From NCBI GenBank assembly GCA_965235115.1, contig OZ249440.1, positions 19,406,001 to 19,470,000 of the forward strand: 64,000 nt of DNA, written 5' to 3'. The stretch is from Laetmonice hystrix. Lineage: Eukaryota. Below are positions 34,558 to 48,000 of the stretch, piece after piece. The notes beneath the pieces were generated by a model. It did not search any database. It was not told where the DNA came from and saw only the letters and a program-made list of their open reading frames with translations. The stretch's first letter is position 1. Each line of letters starts with the position of its first letter. Position numbers and translations under genes: made by a program.

Positions 34558-35309
34558 AATGTTCCCCGAACATGTTAAATGATAAATTTTCTTGACTTTC
34601 CCGGAGTAGAATGCTAATTTTTTCCGCTATTTAATAAAAGCGTGGCGGCACCAGGATACGTACACAGTCATCTGCAGCCAAACCACAACGACCGGAAGCT
34701 GGATGCGTTGGAAACGTTAATGAAAACGTCAGCGTTCACACCTGCATTGACAGGGAGCCGATCTGAGCGGGACGATGGGGGGGGGGGGGGGGGGGGGGGG
34801 GTCCACTGGGGTTGGGCCTGTCCAGGACTCTATCCTGACCTCTGTATTTAGGGACTACTGCAGTATTTTTATGTTTTTTTTTTGTGGATTTGGATCTAAG
34901 GGTGACAGATAGGGAGAGGCCTACTACCGGTACATAACAAATATTGTGTATACAGAGGGTATTACAGGGCCCGAAATAAGGAATGTTTACCACTGGACCA
35001 CTTGGTCCATGTATTGGTTTGGTATAGCTTGACCAGAGACACTTTAACTGGACCGGTTTTTGAAATAACTGGCGTGGTTACGGGGCTCTATCAAACCTTG
35101 GCTAGGATACGATTAAACCTCTCTTCAGAATCACTGGACCGCCCGGTCCAGTCCCTCAGTAGCCTGGTCCCCAGGTTTATATTGACTACGTATATAGAGC
35201 CAGAGCCTGGTGAAGGCTTAGCCTGGTCCCCAGCTCTATATTGACTACGTATATTGAGCCTGGTGAAGGCTAATCGAAGCGAGCATTGTGATTGGCCCAT
35301 CGAAAACAC

Positions 35310-35850
35310 CTATGAAATGCCTATGAAATGCTATTGCATAGCCTGTAGCTATGGGATATTGCTGCCTATGAAATATTGCAGTGACGCAATACTGCAATAT
35401 CATGTAGCTATGATATATTGCTGCCTATGAAATATTGCAGTATTGCATCACTGCATTATTTCATAGGCAGCAAGGCTATGAAATATTGCTGCCTATGAAA
35501 TATTGCAGTATTGCATGACTGCGTTATTTCATAGGGGGCATTATTCCATAGCTATAGGCTATAAAATATTGCAGCCACTGGAATATTGCAGTACTAGGCT
35601 ATTTCATGACTGCAATATTCCATGGACTGCAATATTTCATAGCCTATAGATCTAGCACTGTCAAAACTGTGTTTTGCAATTAAGCACGTATAACACACGT
35701 CAGGCTCTAAACATGTGTTACTTTGTGATTAAACCCTCCTCACAATCTTTCCAAAACATGTTAGCCAGTGGCTATGAAAAAATGCAGTCATGAAATATTG
35801 CCGCATTTTGGCGCTTTACTACAATATTTGATGACTGCAATAATTCATGG
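35310..35850. repeat. Cluster of short motifs (ctatgaaatattgcag / ctgcaatatttcatag) in both orientations; probable DNA-transposon remnant
   Basis: More than 10 copies of tgaaatattgc or its reverse complement within 540 bp. Confidence 0.6.
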
Positions 35851-36229
35851 CACACCGGCACTGGACCGGGCACAATTTTAGGTGGACCAGTCCTTGCTTA
35901 ACGTCGGGCACCCCCGGAAAACGGCCTATAAGGTCTACTCCCGTTTGATAAAAAAATCCTAATATATTCTCTTTATGTGGATAAATAAAAAAAAGGCTTG
36001 TAAATGACGTGTGGTCAATGATATTTCCACACTGTCAGCCCGACACACTTGTGAACATAAGACTATGACTCAAGTAACTTCGGTCAAGTTCGAGGATTGT
36101 GTCCTACTTCCCCTTATCCGTAAATCAATAATAGAATGACAAAGGTGAGTGCAAAGCCACACTGTTATTGACAGAGGGACGCCATGTAGGTGTGAATAGT
36201 TCCTAAACAAACTGCGCTTCACTGGGTTT

Positions 36230-39200
36230 ATGGATACTTTGTCAGCTTTCGCTGGTTTTACCGTTTTCATCTCATTTCTGCAAGGTAAGTATGTAAATTA
36301 GCTGAAGTTTAAGTGAAAAAGATAAACTCATATCATGGCCCCTGCTAAAATAGGTCACTTATGGCCGACGTTACGAGTATCATCAGTTATAACGGAAGTA
36401 CGTACAGGACGACATACATTAGGGTCGTGTGGGATCCTGGATTCGGTGAGGTGGGGGGGGGGGGACCCTTTCAATCCTGGATCCGCCACTGTACATAGTT
36501 AGTAAGGGAAAGGTGGGTAATTTGGACCCCCTAAGAACAAGTCACAATAACAGCTTAATTATCAACAATATTATTCTTGACTTTTACTAAAATGACACCT
36601 TACAAAGGGTACATATAAACCTGAAAATAAAATAAGTCTGGATTGAAAAACTTTCCAATTACCGACAAATTAAGAAATCCTGGATCTGGTACAAATTAGC
36701 CAACATGTAGGCTAATATGGACCGGTGTCTGGTTAAAATTGGGCCATCGTATATCTTGGTTTGATTAGGCATACGCCTCGTTTTATTACCTACTTTGCTA
36801 TACATGTGCGCATTAAAATGCAAATTTTGAAAATATAAGTAAAAAATATATCTTTTTCCCTGTTACGCACGTGATCCAGAATAGATATGCAAATGCTAAA
36901 TTGAACCAGCAGGGGGAGGCTAAATTAGACCGGTGCATAGTAATGTCTATACAAGCACTTACTTATCTGTGGTTCACAGGTTTCAGTGATCATTGTGGGC
37001 TGTGTTTCAGTGATCATGATCACTAAAACCTAAGAGAAAACCAATCTTCCCCACATGCCCAGTGACTGCTGCTAATTGACTGCAGTTGATTAAGTACGAC
37101 AACTACCCACATGTCACCTGTGGATAGGACGATGAGGTGCATACTACCCACAAAGGGTAGCTGGCTTACACCCAAGAAAAGAAAGAATCGCAGAACTGTA
37201 CTGGTGAAGCTATTTTAATGGTATCTCACCAGATCATAGGGGAAGAAAGGTTTGAATTATTTGCTAAATTATTTGACATCAGATGCACAGAAAAACCAAT
37301 TATGTACTCGAGCTGACCAAGTGCCATGCAGTTAACTATATCTAGACTGTGCCTTGTGCCTTAGAAGACTTTGTGTGTTCAAATGCCCCTTCGACACACA
37401 TGTACCACTGATTTTTTAATTCTTTATCTTGAACGGCAATATAGCCACAATGATAAGTTTTCATGGGTATAGTCTTCACAATCAAATGTTTGTCACTAAG
37501 ATGTTTGGGGTCTCTGCGTACACAGACTCCCCACTGTGAGCCCGCCCAGCTCTGACCAGGTTCGGCAGAGAGTTACGTAAGTGCTGGTGATAAGGGCCGT
37601 TCGGGACGACCCCCTCCTCCTCCTCCCAGTCAGAGTGGGGTTGGAGGAATCTGTATGTCCCGAATAAACCCAACTGAATTAGCGGTGATTTGGAGCTGTA
37701 GGTGTAACGGTCGAATATATATATTTTCTTGACTCTTATATTTGAGGAGAGCAATAAAACAATTATACTCTGATGATAGGCTGTCGTTTTGAATTTACAA
37801 AACAATTATGATGAAATAATATCTGACTTTAACGGGCAGTATCTTGAAACGTGCTAAAGAACGCCATATAGTATGCAAATGCAACTATTATAAAGCGCAT
37901 AGAGTCAGGTATATCACTGATTGTTTAGTTCTTTTCCCTCGAAGGTAATATAGCCAAAATCATCAGTTTTCATGGGTATAGATCTAACCGTTGACATCTC
38001 TGAATACACAGACCGCCCACTGTGTTGGAATAGGATATGATCAGGTAGGGTAATCATCTGCCAAAAATTGAAAGAGATTCTTTGCAGGCCTATAATGTGC
38101 TTCAGTAATTGCTCTAAGAATTCTGAAATATGACCAAAAATGCCCCCAGAATGCACCATTTCACTCCTAGTTTTATTTTTTTCCGGAGAGCATGCCCCTG
38201 GACCCCCCTACCAATGCTTCGTGCCTATGGCGCTCCCTACAGTGGCTTTGTCGCTGCATTTCGCATTTTCAAACATTGGCCCCACTGGTATTGGAAACCA
38301 GTTTCAATATCAGTGGTTAAGAAAAAGCTCTGGATCCACCCCCTGAAAATTTATGGAACTCATTTCGCCATAGGCCTAAGTAGCCTACCCATTTTCAGAC
38401 CAGCCTACGGGCCTGGAATATGAGTATTCAGAACCGACATTTAATTAGCTGTGCCTTTGAACTTTAGGTGTAACTGTCTAATACATGTTTTGGATCTTAT
38501 GTAGGAGAAGGGCTGAATAAAATATTGTCGCCATTAAAATAAAATGGCGCCAGGGATTGTGTAGGTAGTTCCTATCATTATGGTCAGATGGCGCAAGGGG
38601 TTGTGTAGGTAGTTCCTAGTATTATCGTCAGATGGCGTCAGGGGTTGTGTAGGTAGTTCCTAATATTGTCGAGAGATGGCGCCAGGGGTTGTGTAGGTAG
38701 TTCCTATCATTGTCGAGAGATGGCGCCAGGGGTTGTGTAGGTAGTTCCTATCATTGTCGGGAGATGGCGCCAGGGACTATCCTGCTCTGGCTGGGGTCGG
38801 CAGAGATTGACTAAGTGCTGGTAATAAGGGCCGGTCGTGACCACTCCCCCCCCCCCGTCCTCCCAGTCAGAGTGGGGTTAGAGGAATCTTTATGTCCGGA
38901 CCGAACCTAACTGAATTAGCAGTGTTTTGGAGCTGTCGGTGTAACTGTGCAATATATATGTTTTTGAATCTTACATAGGAGGAGAGTTGAATAAAACCCT
39001 TTTGTTTGGTGGCTATGGTTCAAGTGACATGGCAAACTTTTGATCAGCTGCACTTGGTTTCAGCCTGAGCCAACAGCCTGGTGTCCATAACATTCGCACC
39101 CATTGTCCTTGTCTAGCAGGGTGCTTTATGATATTTGTGTACATTGTTCATGATGCCCATAACCGGTAGCTATCTAGGGCCTAATCTATGAGAACTATAA

Positions 39201-42200
39201 TATGTCATAATGTCAAACGGATACTTCCATATGAAAGAAAAGATCAAGTCGGCACAACAGACTAGAAAACCATTGGGGAAATGGGACCTTACCTGTATTG
39301 CTAATTAGCAATCAGAGTTTCTAGTTATTTATTTACTCATTTATTCATTCATTTATTCATGTATTTTATTCAGGATGGGTCCAATGCTCCACCTGCAGTC
39401 AGAATTTACTAGGTCGTCTTGGTCATGGAGTAATCGCCAGTTATAACTACCCGTTCGACTACTCTGGTAATGGTCATTGTAGTCAGATCAACTACACCAT
39501 CCACTTACAGCAAGACTTACAACGGACTCAGTATGTCTGCTTCACGTTTCACCGATTCGACCTGGCACTCGATGTGGCGTTTCTGAGATTCGGTGGCCAT
39601 TGCGGGTACCAGGAGAGAAACAGGGTACCACTATCTGCCCGTTCGGATACGACGAACTGCGTTTCCTACACAGGATATGGATATAAGCCGGTTGGTTCGA
39701 GGCAAGACACGATCTGGAGCGACCCATTTTGCTGTAAGTGGACGCGATAGATAAAAACCCAGATGACGGATTTCGTTTCCAATAAAGGAATTCACAAAAA
39801 GGAAAAACAGTATTATTTCTTTCACACGCAATAAATGCGAAGTAATCCCAAAGAAACGAGTCCCGCGAAAAAGATTCCGTGCACAGCATGGTGAAACTGA
39901 ATTAAAACATTCCAGGTGACAATAATTATATTTGATCCACAAATGCCCTTGCATTTCGGGTTATTGAACTGAAGTAAGGACATCTCAGAACAATTTGTGC
40001 ACAATGTTTGTTCGATTGAAGGATTCAAAATAAAAAGTCTAACCACTGCCAAAACTGGCGAAAAGATCATGAAAATGTATAAAGATCTAGTTACTCATGG
40101 AGCCGCCGCCCACATTATTTGTAAGAAATCTATTGTCAATATTGATTGTTACAGGGAAGTCGATTGGAGGCCATGGAGTGACGATCATATTTGAAAGCTA
40201 TGCATCCTTGGCGTTCACCGGATTCCTCGCTACATTTGAAGTCGTCAATAGCAGCCGAATAGACAGAAATGTATATGGATATGGTAATGGATGTTATTTG
40301 CATACAATTTCTTAACACCCATCAGCACATTTAGATGATTGGTGACCAGGTTTTCCTCGAACAAAAGAATGTGTGAGTCAGTTGGAGAGAAATATGATAT
40401 GAAATATAAACTATGTATGGTCTCCTGTAGATAGAGGTGGGAGTCGTATTGAAAGTTGTTTTACTGGTAAACTTTCTGACATAAAATGCCAAACTTGTGC
40501 GAACAAGTGTTTTTCTTGTAGCCTCTGCTATTAGGCTTAAGACTGAACACGCGTCTTAGTTCGGGGGGGGGGGGGGGTGTTTCACTTGACCAGCCAATCA
40601 AAAGTCTCTAAACAAGTTCTTAGACTTACGATTATGCAGCTCCATGCAGCTCCATGGTAACGGAAAGAGGAGGCCTAAACATATTGCTGCGCTCATGTAG
40701 ATTGGTCTTGGTGCTGTTTACTGCTCCATGGTAACGGAAAGAGGAGATTTAGACATACTGCTGCGCTCATGTAGATTGGTCTTGGTGTTATTTACAGCTC
40801 CATGACTATACGAGAAAGGGGAGATTTAGACATACTGCTGCGCTCATGTAGATTGGTCTTGGTGTTATATACAGCTCCATGGTAACGGAAAGAGGAGATC
40901 TAGACATAGTGCTGCGCTCATGTAGATTGGTCTTGGTGTTATACAGCTCCATGGTAACGGAAAGAGGAGATCTAGACATACTGCTGCGCTCATGTAGATT
41001 GGTCTTGGTGTTATACAGCTCCATGGTAACGGAAAGAGGAGATCTAGACATACTGCTGCGCTCATGTAGATTGGTCTTGGTGTTATAGTTCCATGACTAT
41101 ATATACGAGAAAGGGGAGATTTAGACATACTGCATGCTGCGCTCATGTAGATTGGTCTTTGTTTTATATACAGCTCCATGGTAACGGAAAGAGGAGATCT
41201 AGTCATACTGCTGCGCTCATGTAGATTGGTCTTGGTGTTATACAGATCCATGGTAACGGAAAGAGGAGATTTAGACATACTGCTGCGCTCATGTAGATTG
41301 GTCTTGGTGTTATTTACAGCTCCATGACTATACGAGAAAGGGGAGATTTAGACATACTGCTGCGCTCATGTAGATTGGTCTTGGTGTTATATACAGCTCC
41401 ATGGTAACGGAAAGAGGAGATCTAGACATAGTGCTGCGCTCATGTAGATTGGTCTTGGTGTTATACAGCTCCATGGTAACGGAAAGAGGAGATCTAGACA
41501 TACTGCTGCGCTCATGTAGATTGGTCTTGGTGTTATACAGCTCCATGGTAACGGAAAGAGGAGATCTAGACATACTGCTGCGCTCATGTAGATTGGTCTT
41601 GGTGTTATAGTTCCATGACTATATATACGAGAAAGGGGAGATTTAGACATACTGCATGCTGCGCTCATGTAGATTGGTCTTTGTTTTATATACAGCTCCA
41701 TGGTAACGGAAAGAGGAGATCTAGTCATACTGCTGCGCTCATGTAGATTGGTCTTGGTGTTATACAGATCCATGGTAACGGAAAGAGGAGATTTAGACAT
41801 ACTGCTGCGCTCATGTAGATTGGTCCTGGTGTTATACAGCTCCATGGTAACAGAAAAAGGAGGTCTAGACATACCGCATCACTCATGTAGATGGTGTTAT
41901 TTACAGCTCCGTGTTACGGTGATCAATTCGTGTGTTTCTCGGACCGGAGATGTGTTGATCGTGAGAAAAGGTGTAGCACAGGTCCTGCAAACTGTGAGGA
42001 CGAGTCAGACGGATCCTACGCACACGCGCGTTGTTCTTCTTGTAAGCATATTATAGTACTTCACAGTTTATGTACAGTTGTGTATCGAGCAAAAAGGGGT
42101 TAAACGAAACTCTGCCAAGATATATCTACTTATAAAGGATGATTTTTAGTTTTTCTTAAAAAGGACAAATTCCCTTATTGCATTTAACTGTAGATATAAT

Positions 42201-44993
42201 GTGACACACGACATTTTTACAGATTCAATGTAAAATCTTTTAAGCTTGATGCAGTCCATGAACTGCAGTATTTGAAAACATATGCGCTTATAATTCTAAG
42301 GGAGGACGCCGGATCAGAAACCTGGCCAGTACGCTTGCGACTTCGATAACTCGGTGTGTGGAATCACGGGCGGATACTGGACTAGGCGGTCAAGGACCAA
42401 TGACCCATGTTACGGTCCAAGTACGGACCATACCAACTCCCCATCTGGTGAATACCCCACCTTAGTCTAGTTATGATAAATATCGAGATCAAATGATTCT
42501 CTAAGATAATTCTACACTCAAAGGCTGAGTCCATGCAATTAGTGTCTAAGACAAAAGAAATGAGGGGGGGGGGGGGGCTTAATGTAAGATATCGTAACCG
42601 GTTTTTCTCTGGCTTGTGACAAAACTGTTGCTGCATTTTGTAATTACGGGGCAACTTCTTGGTGGTCTGACTGCTTATGACGAAATAAGAGTTAGACTAT
42701 AATCTCTGCCTAAGGTTTTGCAGGTGTTTTCTTGCAAATACACTTGCATATTTTTAGATGAGAATATTTTAAAATCTTTTTATAACATATTTAGATAGAC
42801 CTACTAGATTATATTTAAAGAAATAGTGCTCAATTAGACCTAAAACGCAAATTTCAGATTATGGCAACTATTTTGCGATGGATTTCATGAGGGTGGCCAT
42901 GGATATTTCCAGTTCGTCTTTTGCTATACGAACTGAAATACCGCTGTCGTCTGAGACCAAGGAATACTGCTTGTCTTTCTGGTACCACATGAGTGGCAGG
43001 GACGTCGGAAGGTTAAGTGTCGCGTGGGGCATACCGAGGGAGCGGCCTGTCTGGTCTCGCGAGGGAGATTTGGGCAACGAATGGCACCACGGACTCGTCA
43101 GCGCCACGACAGGAGGCCAAAACAATTTAGATTTGTCGGTAGGCGTAGGCACCTAAAAGATACAAAAGGAAGCCAGTGAAATACCCGATTAAAATGAATT
43201 GAACAGCTATATCTGAAACCATTGATCATTGATATTATAATAAGTTGTGGTAAGAAACATCCATTGAAGTAAATTATTATGATCTCCTCAACAGACTGTC
43301 ATCTTCACCGCAGTTAAACGTTCCGAACGAAGGTCACAATTCTCCTTGGACGATATAAGTATTTTAGGAGGCGCCTGTTCAAGTTATGGTAAACAACCAT
43401 TACATAAACCTGTAGCTCCTACATACGTTACATACGTACATCTATACATCTGTTTACTTATGCTAGTATGTGAAAGGGTGCAGTAATCTTGGGGACGGGG
43501 TTCGATTCAGGTATCAGGGTGCTATACATTTGTTCTCTTTCGGGACATTATGGTTAATTGGTTCAATCCTGATTCCCGTGAATGGAGATACGGTGGTTCT
43601 ATCTATATCCTCTACTACAGAAAGAGTGGTCTTTTGTTATAGATGACATATCGTGTAATTTTGAAGTGGATCTATGCGGCTGGGACCCAGGAAGAACAAC
43701 AGCGACCATTGACTTTGCATACCCGGACCACTCCCCCTCAGGAAGTGAGTATGTTTGATGCCTAACACGAGAACGTCTGTCTGATCAGCCAATCATGGAA
43801 AGTTTCACCGAGGTATAACAATTCAACATTGTTGTTAGCAGGAGAGGAGGGGGCAAACAGTTAGTTTGGTCAACTTTGTTAGCGAATGGGAGGATGTAGA
43901 TCTAGTATCGTCTCCTCCGTAGTTTTCACTTTAATTTCAATCTGATTCATTAGAACATTTCAAGATAAATTGATTTTGTTTGACTGAAAATAGCCACGCA
44001 AGGACCTAGATCTATACCTATTTACATGCCTTCTTGCAGTTCTTCCTCACCCTCCTCAAATTTTAGTCACTTTGCTTCCCGCCTGTGCCGGATAGAAATC
44101 AGACCGTTTTTAAATTGGGTGATGTAAATGTTATAGGGGGGATGGCTTTACGGATGTATGGAAGCTCCATTAGCGTTGTCAGTCCGCCAGTCGGTCAGTT
44201 AATGACGGAACGTCACAGCTGTCTGACGTTCTGGTACCGAACGCTGGATGGCGTCAAGTTGTACGTGGAAACATTAGACGCGAATTCCAGGGTACGACGC
44301 GTCTTTAACGACACCAAGAAAACATTGTATGAGTGGTGTTTGGTCGAAATTACGCTCAGTATGGCGTATGGATCCGCCTTCCAGGTTCGTTTTATTTTGA
44401 TTTAATTAGTTATTTACAGAATCATTTCTGTAATTGTCTACCCTATAGTTCTACAAATGATGGACATTATAATTATTGGCATCGATTTGATTTCAGGTTA
44501 GAGTGAGAGCGGAAGCATTGTTTGGTTCCTCGACCTCCATGGATCTCGACAATATCAATTTCGTCCATACCGACTGTGGACCCAAATCATGTAGGTTTCA
44601 CAAGTACAGGATGTTTAAAAATATGTTGGACTCTACGCTATAATTGGGTGCTGGTGACTGGATTATAGATTTTGGAAGACACAATGTCTATAATAATTTC
44701 TAAAAAGCTCCGATGTAAAACGAACTCCCCTTGGTCTTCGGAAAGAAGTGATCCGTAGCCTATACTGCATCCAATTGTTTGTCCAAAACCACTGCATCAT
44801 AATTCTCTCAACATTGTTCGGTCCTTGGAAGATAGATAGTGATAGGCCTAATATAATTATACAACTGTTTAATATAATAATGTATAGCTAATTGAAATTA
44901 CTTATAGGAGGTAAGGGTTTTCGGTCCAGACTTTGATAAATGTCAGAAAGACCCCTTTGCCCGGTCTCCCCCGACGCATCCATAATAGTTCCT

Positions 44994-45028
<35 letters not shown>

Positions 45029-48000
45029 ACTTTATTAACCGGACAACAAGATACACTTATATATAAGGTCATATCGCCAAAAGACAAAAAAGAAGAAATA
45101 AGTGTCACATCTGTCCAGAGTGCAGATAGAGTAGCTGGCTTGCTAACATTATAGATATAAGGTAGGCCTAATAATGTGTCAAGTGGAGATTCTATACAAA
45201 TCATATAAAGCGTGTGCCAATGATTCACAATCTGAGCTCATGACAGCTTTCCAGGTGCTAAAGTCTAATCCCAAGTACTTATTTCGAATGTGCAAAGTAT
45301 TCGGGCAGACCAACAAGTGGACCTCCGTTTGGGGCCCAATGCCACATAGCTTGCACTTCCTCTCGCTAGGTTCAAGCCTAGACCACCGCCCTGTCTCCAC
45401 GGCGAGATTATGTGAGATTGTTCGTAACCTCGTGAAGACTAACCGTTCGTGTTCCATGACTTTCGGCCTGCTCGTATACATAGGGTGCACCCCAAGACCT
45501 GGGTTCAATACCATCCCATACGTCCGCAGCTTTGTACCCTCCTTGCTTAAAATCCTGTCTCGAACCCGGTCAAGCCCATCACTGCCTTCTTCGGACAACA
45601 AATTTCTCACATAAGAAGCGGCTTTTGTATTTGCCTCGTTGCATAACTTCCAAACAGTGTAGAATGGGTCTTGCTCTTGGTATGCAGAACGCCTCTCTTC
45701 AATAAGCTTAGCGATGACACGGCGTTGAGCCATCCTAATCCTAGCCTCAAGCGTAGGGTAACCCGACTCGATAAGCACGATATCGTTCGCTGTAGAACGT
45801 CTCACGCCTAATAGAGTTTTGATAACCGAGATATGCTGGACTGCACCAAAGGATCCACAAAGCCAACTCTCACAGCTATATAGCAGGGCGGATAATAGGG
45901 CGGCGTCAAGCACCTTTCGTTTGATCCAAAACGGCAGATCACAGTTTTTGCTGATGAAAGATACGAATTTCCACACATGAGGTTTCTTGGCCTCGCAGTG
46001 AGCTGCAATAGAGGATTTACAAGAACCATCCTGGGTAAAAATGGCGCCCAAATACACATAGGAGTCACAGTTCTCTACAGAAAGCTGCCCCACCACCATC
46101 GGCTCTCGGTCCTGCTTAGTGCCGTTGACTACCATGAACCTGGTCTTCCCTATATTAATCCTCATACCTGAACGACCACAAAACTCCTGAAGTATCCTAA
46201 TCTTATTCATACATCCATCCCGAGTTGTCGATAGGAGAATTGTGTCGTCCATTAAAAGGAGGCAATGAACCCATTGGAAGAATCCATCCGTACCACACTG
46301 TGCTTTCAAGTCACGTATTAACCCGTTTACGTAACACGCAAATAGTAGACAAGAATGCATAGGCATAAAGTAAGGCACGTTGTCACCCAAGGTTCGGCGA
46401 GTTTTATGCAGGGAAAACGGTCACTATCCCAGTCAACTCTGTCATGGCAACAACTTTCTGGGTCACGTGTTGAATAATTATGTCACGCCGAATCCCATCA
46501 TGCATCAGGCAGCAACCGGTTGGTAACCGTGACGTTGTCCTTGAATCTGCCCACTTTCTTCAAGACACGCTAGGTAACGGTTTTCAGGGCCTCCACCGCC
46601 CCACCTGCCGCCTGATGCCATCTGTTTGATGCGCCCTACGTCGCCACTCACATTTAGATCTAACTGGTCAATACATTTTTTGACCCTTTAACACGTATTT
46701 TTTAACGATAAGGTTCCTATTTTTAGATTTGGAAACATAGATCTAGACATTTATAGTTTCGAGACGGTGCAGTGTGGGCTCACTGTCAAGAGTAGGCTAA
46801 TAGCCTACCAATTCATGGACATTCACTTATTGTTACCGTTAGTTGTAATTTTCTACCATATCTCTTCCCACGATAATACACTTGTGGGCTCATTGTCAAA
46901 AATGGGATGGTGACACCCGTTTTTCTGTTCAGAAATGGCCTAATCGTCCTAAACCTTTACTTAATGTTTGACACGTGCAATTGTTGTGCAATTGTTATAG
47001 GCCTACTTTTAATGATCATATTAAACGGGTGTTACCCAAATAACAACATTATATTTGCCTCCGAGTTTTGCCTGCATAAAGGTTATTTCGCCAAAACGGC
47101 TACGATTGAAGTAGGCTATAGGCCTAGATATGGTTGGTTGATGGAGATATGTTTCATGTGTAAATGGTGATCCTTATGGTGACTGTCATTTATAACAGGT
47201 GATTGTTCCTCGGGAAATGGTTTCCGGTGTAGAAACGGAAACTGCATTCTCGACATATGGCATTGCAACGACAAAAACGACTGTGGCGACAACTCGGATG
47301 AGATCGGCTGTGACAACGAAGGTATACAGTCTTCCTATCGAAACAAGTTGTATTTTCATCGTTCCAAGCACCAACCTAGACTCTATGTTTTATTTCTATC
47401 GAGTCCCAGAAATAGACGCTTTATTTATCACATGCTTTATTTACAATTCTTATAAATGTAGGGTCGAAAAGTGGGGCTTCCGTCCAGCCAGTGGCCGTTG
47501 TTGCTATGGTAACTGCAATAGTCCTCCTTGTCGTCATTGTGGTTACGCGGGTCACCGTGTGCGTTTACCGGAAACGAGCTGAGCGCAGACAGCGTCCACG
47601 GTTGACGTCAAGGGGCAGGTGTCACAGCATCGAAAGTATCGAAGTCTATGCTTCGTCGATTGAGCCGCCCAGCTACGAAGAATGCGTTAATCTTGGGTTT
47701 ATAGCTGGCACTGTGAATGGTGTCGAAAACGAAAGCCTAACCATGGACGATCCGACCGACACGGTAGATAGACCACCCGATTACGAGCGAGTGATTAGCG
47801 GTGAATTCCTCATCATCACTGGCCCCGTCACGTCCACGGTCGAACGCATGCGCGCTGCCATGTTGGCAGGCCGGGAAATGAACTATGCGCATGCTCAGCA
47901 GAACGAATCGGACGAAGCGTTACTAAGGGAAACCCAAATCATTTCACAAACCTCATCAGCTCGCGGCCCGGAAGATGGCAGCATTAGTGAAATTGAGGGC

